From: Eledone cirrhosa
Lineage: Eukaryota
Length of the DNA: 64,000 nt
Direction of reading: 5' to 3'
Assembly: GCA_964016885.1 (NCBI GenBank)
Contig: OZ024757.1
Span: 2,108,001 to 2,172,000, forward strand
The position numbers were made by a program, and so were the translations under genes. Positions 63,695-64,000 of the stretch are shown here, piece after piece. Each line of letters begins with the position of its first letter. Within the stretch, counting starts at the first letter, position 1. The notes beneath the pieces were generated by a model. It saw only the letters and a list, made by a program, of their open reading frames with translations, made no database searches and had not been told where the DNA came from.

Positions 63695-63826
<132 letters not shown>

Positions 63827-63829
63827 AAT

Positions 63830-63866
<37 letters not shown>

Positions 63867-63887
63867 AATATATATATATAAATATAA

Positions 63888-63920
<33 letters not shown>

Positions 63921-63921
63921 A

Positions 63922-63952
<31 letters not shown>

Positions 63953-63957
63953 TAAAT

Positions 63958-63990
<33 letters not shown>

Positions 63991-64000
63991 AATATAAATA

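Overview
AT-rich eukaryotic (metazoan) DNA. The repeat content (CORE- and Meta-type tRNA SINEs, RTE LINEs, very long (TA)n tracts) suggests a cephalopod such as Octopus; this is inference. The only host gene I can support is the first coding exon of a glutaredoxin-like gene (4853-5071, +) with an atypical active site. No second exon was recognised, so most of the window is probably one large intron. It is filled with nested, mostly decayed elements, many sitting in (TA)n: at least 7 Penelope-like elements (PLEs; RT + GIY-YIG), about 11 RTE LINE pieces from 3 families (their RT carries an inserted PHD-type C4HC3 finger), two SINE families, one DD37D (maT) mariner and several minisatellites. The most striking signal is about 25 type I hammerhead ribozyme (HHR) motifs, found by eye and ranging from intact to degenerate. 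Some lie in PLE pseudo-LTRs. Many lie in short ORF-less 0.2-1.4 kb modules arranged as partial tandem and/or fold-back repeats, i.e. several retrozyme-like or non-autonomous PLE families. One family shows compensatory stem changes between copies. Boundaries were read by eye and are approximate; no searches or folding programs were run.
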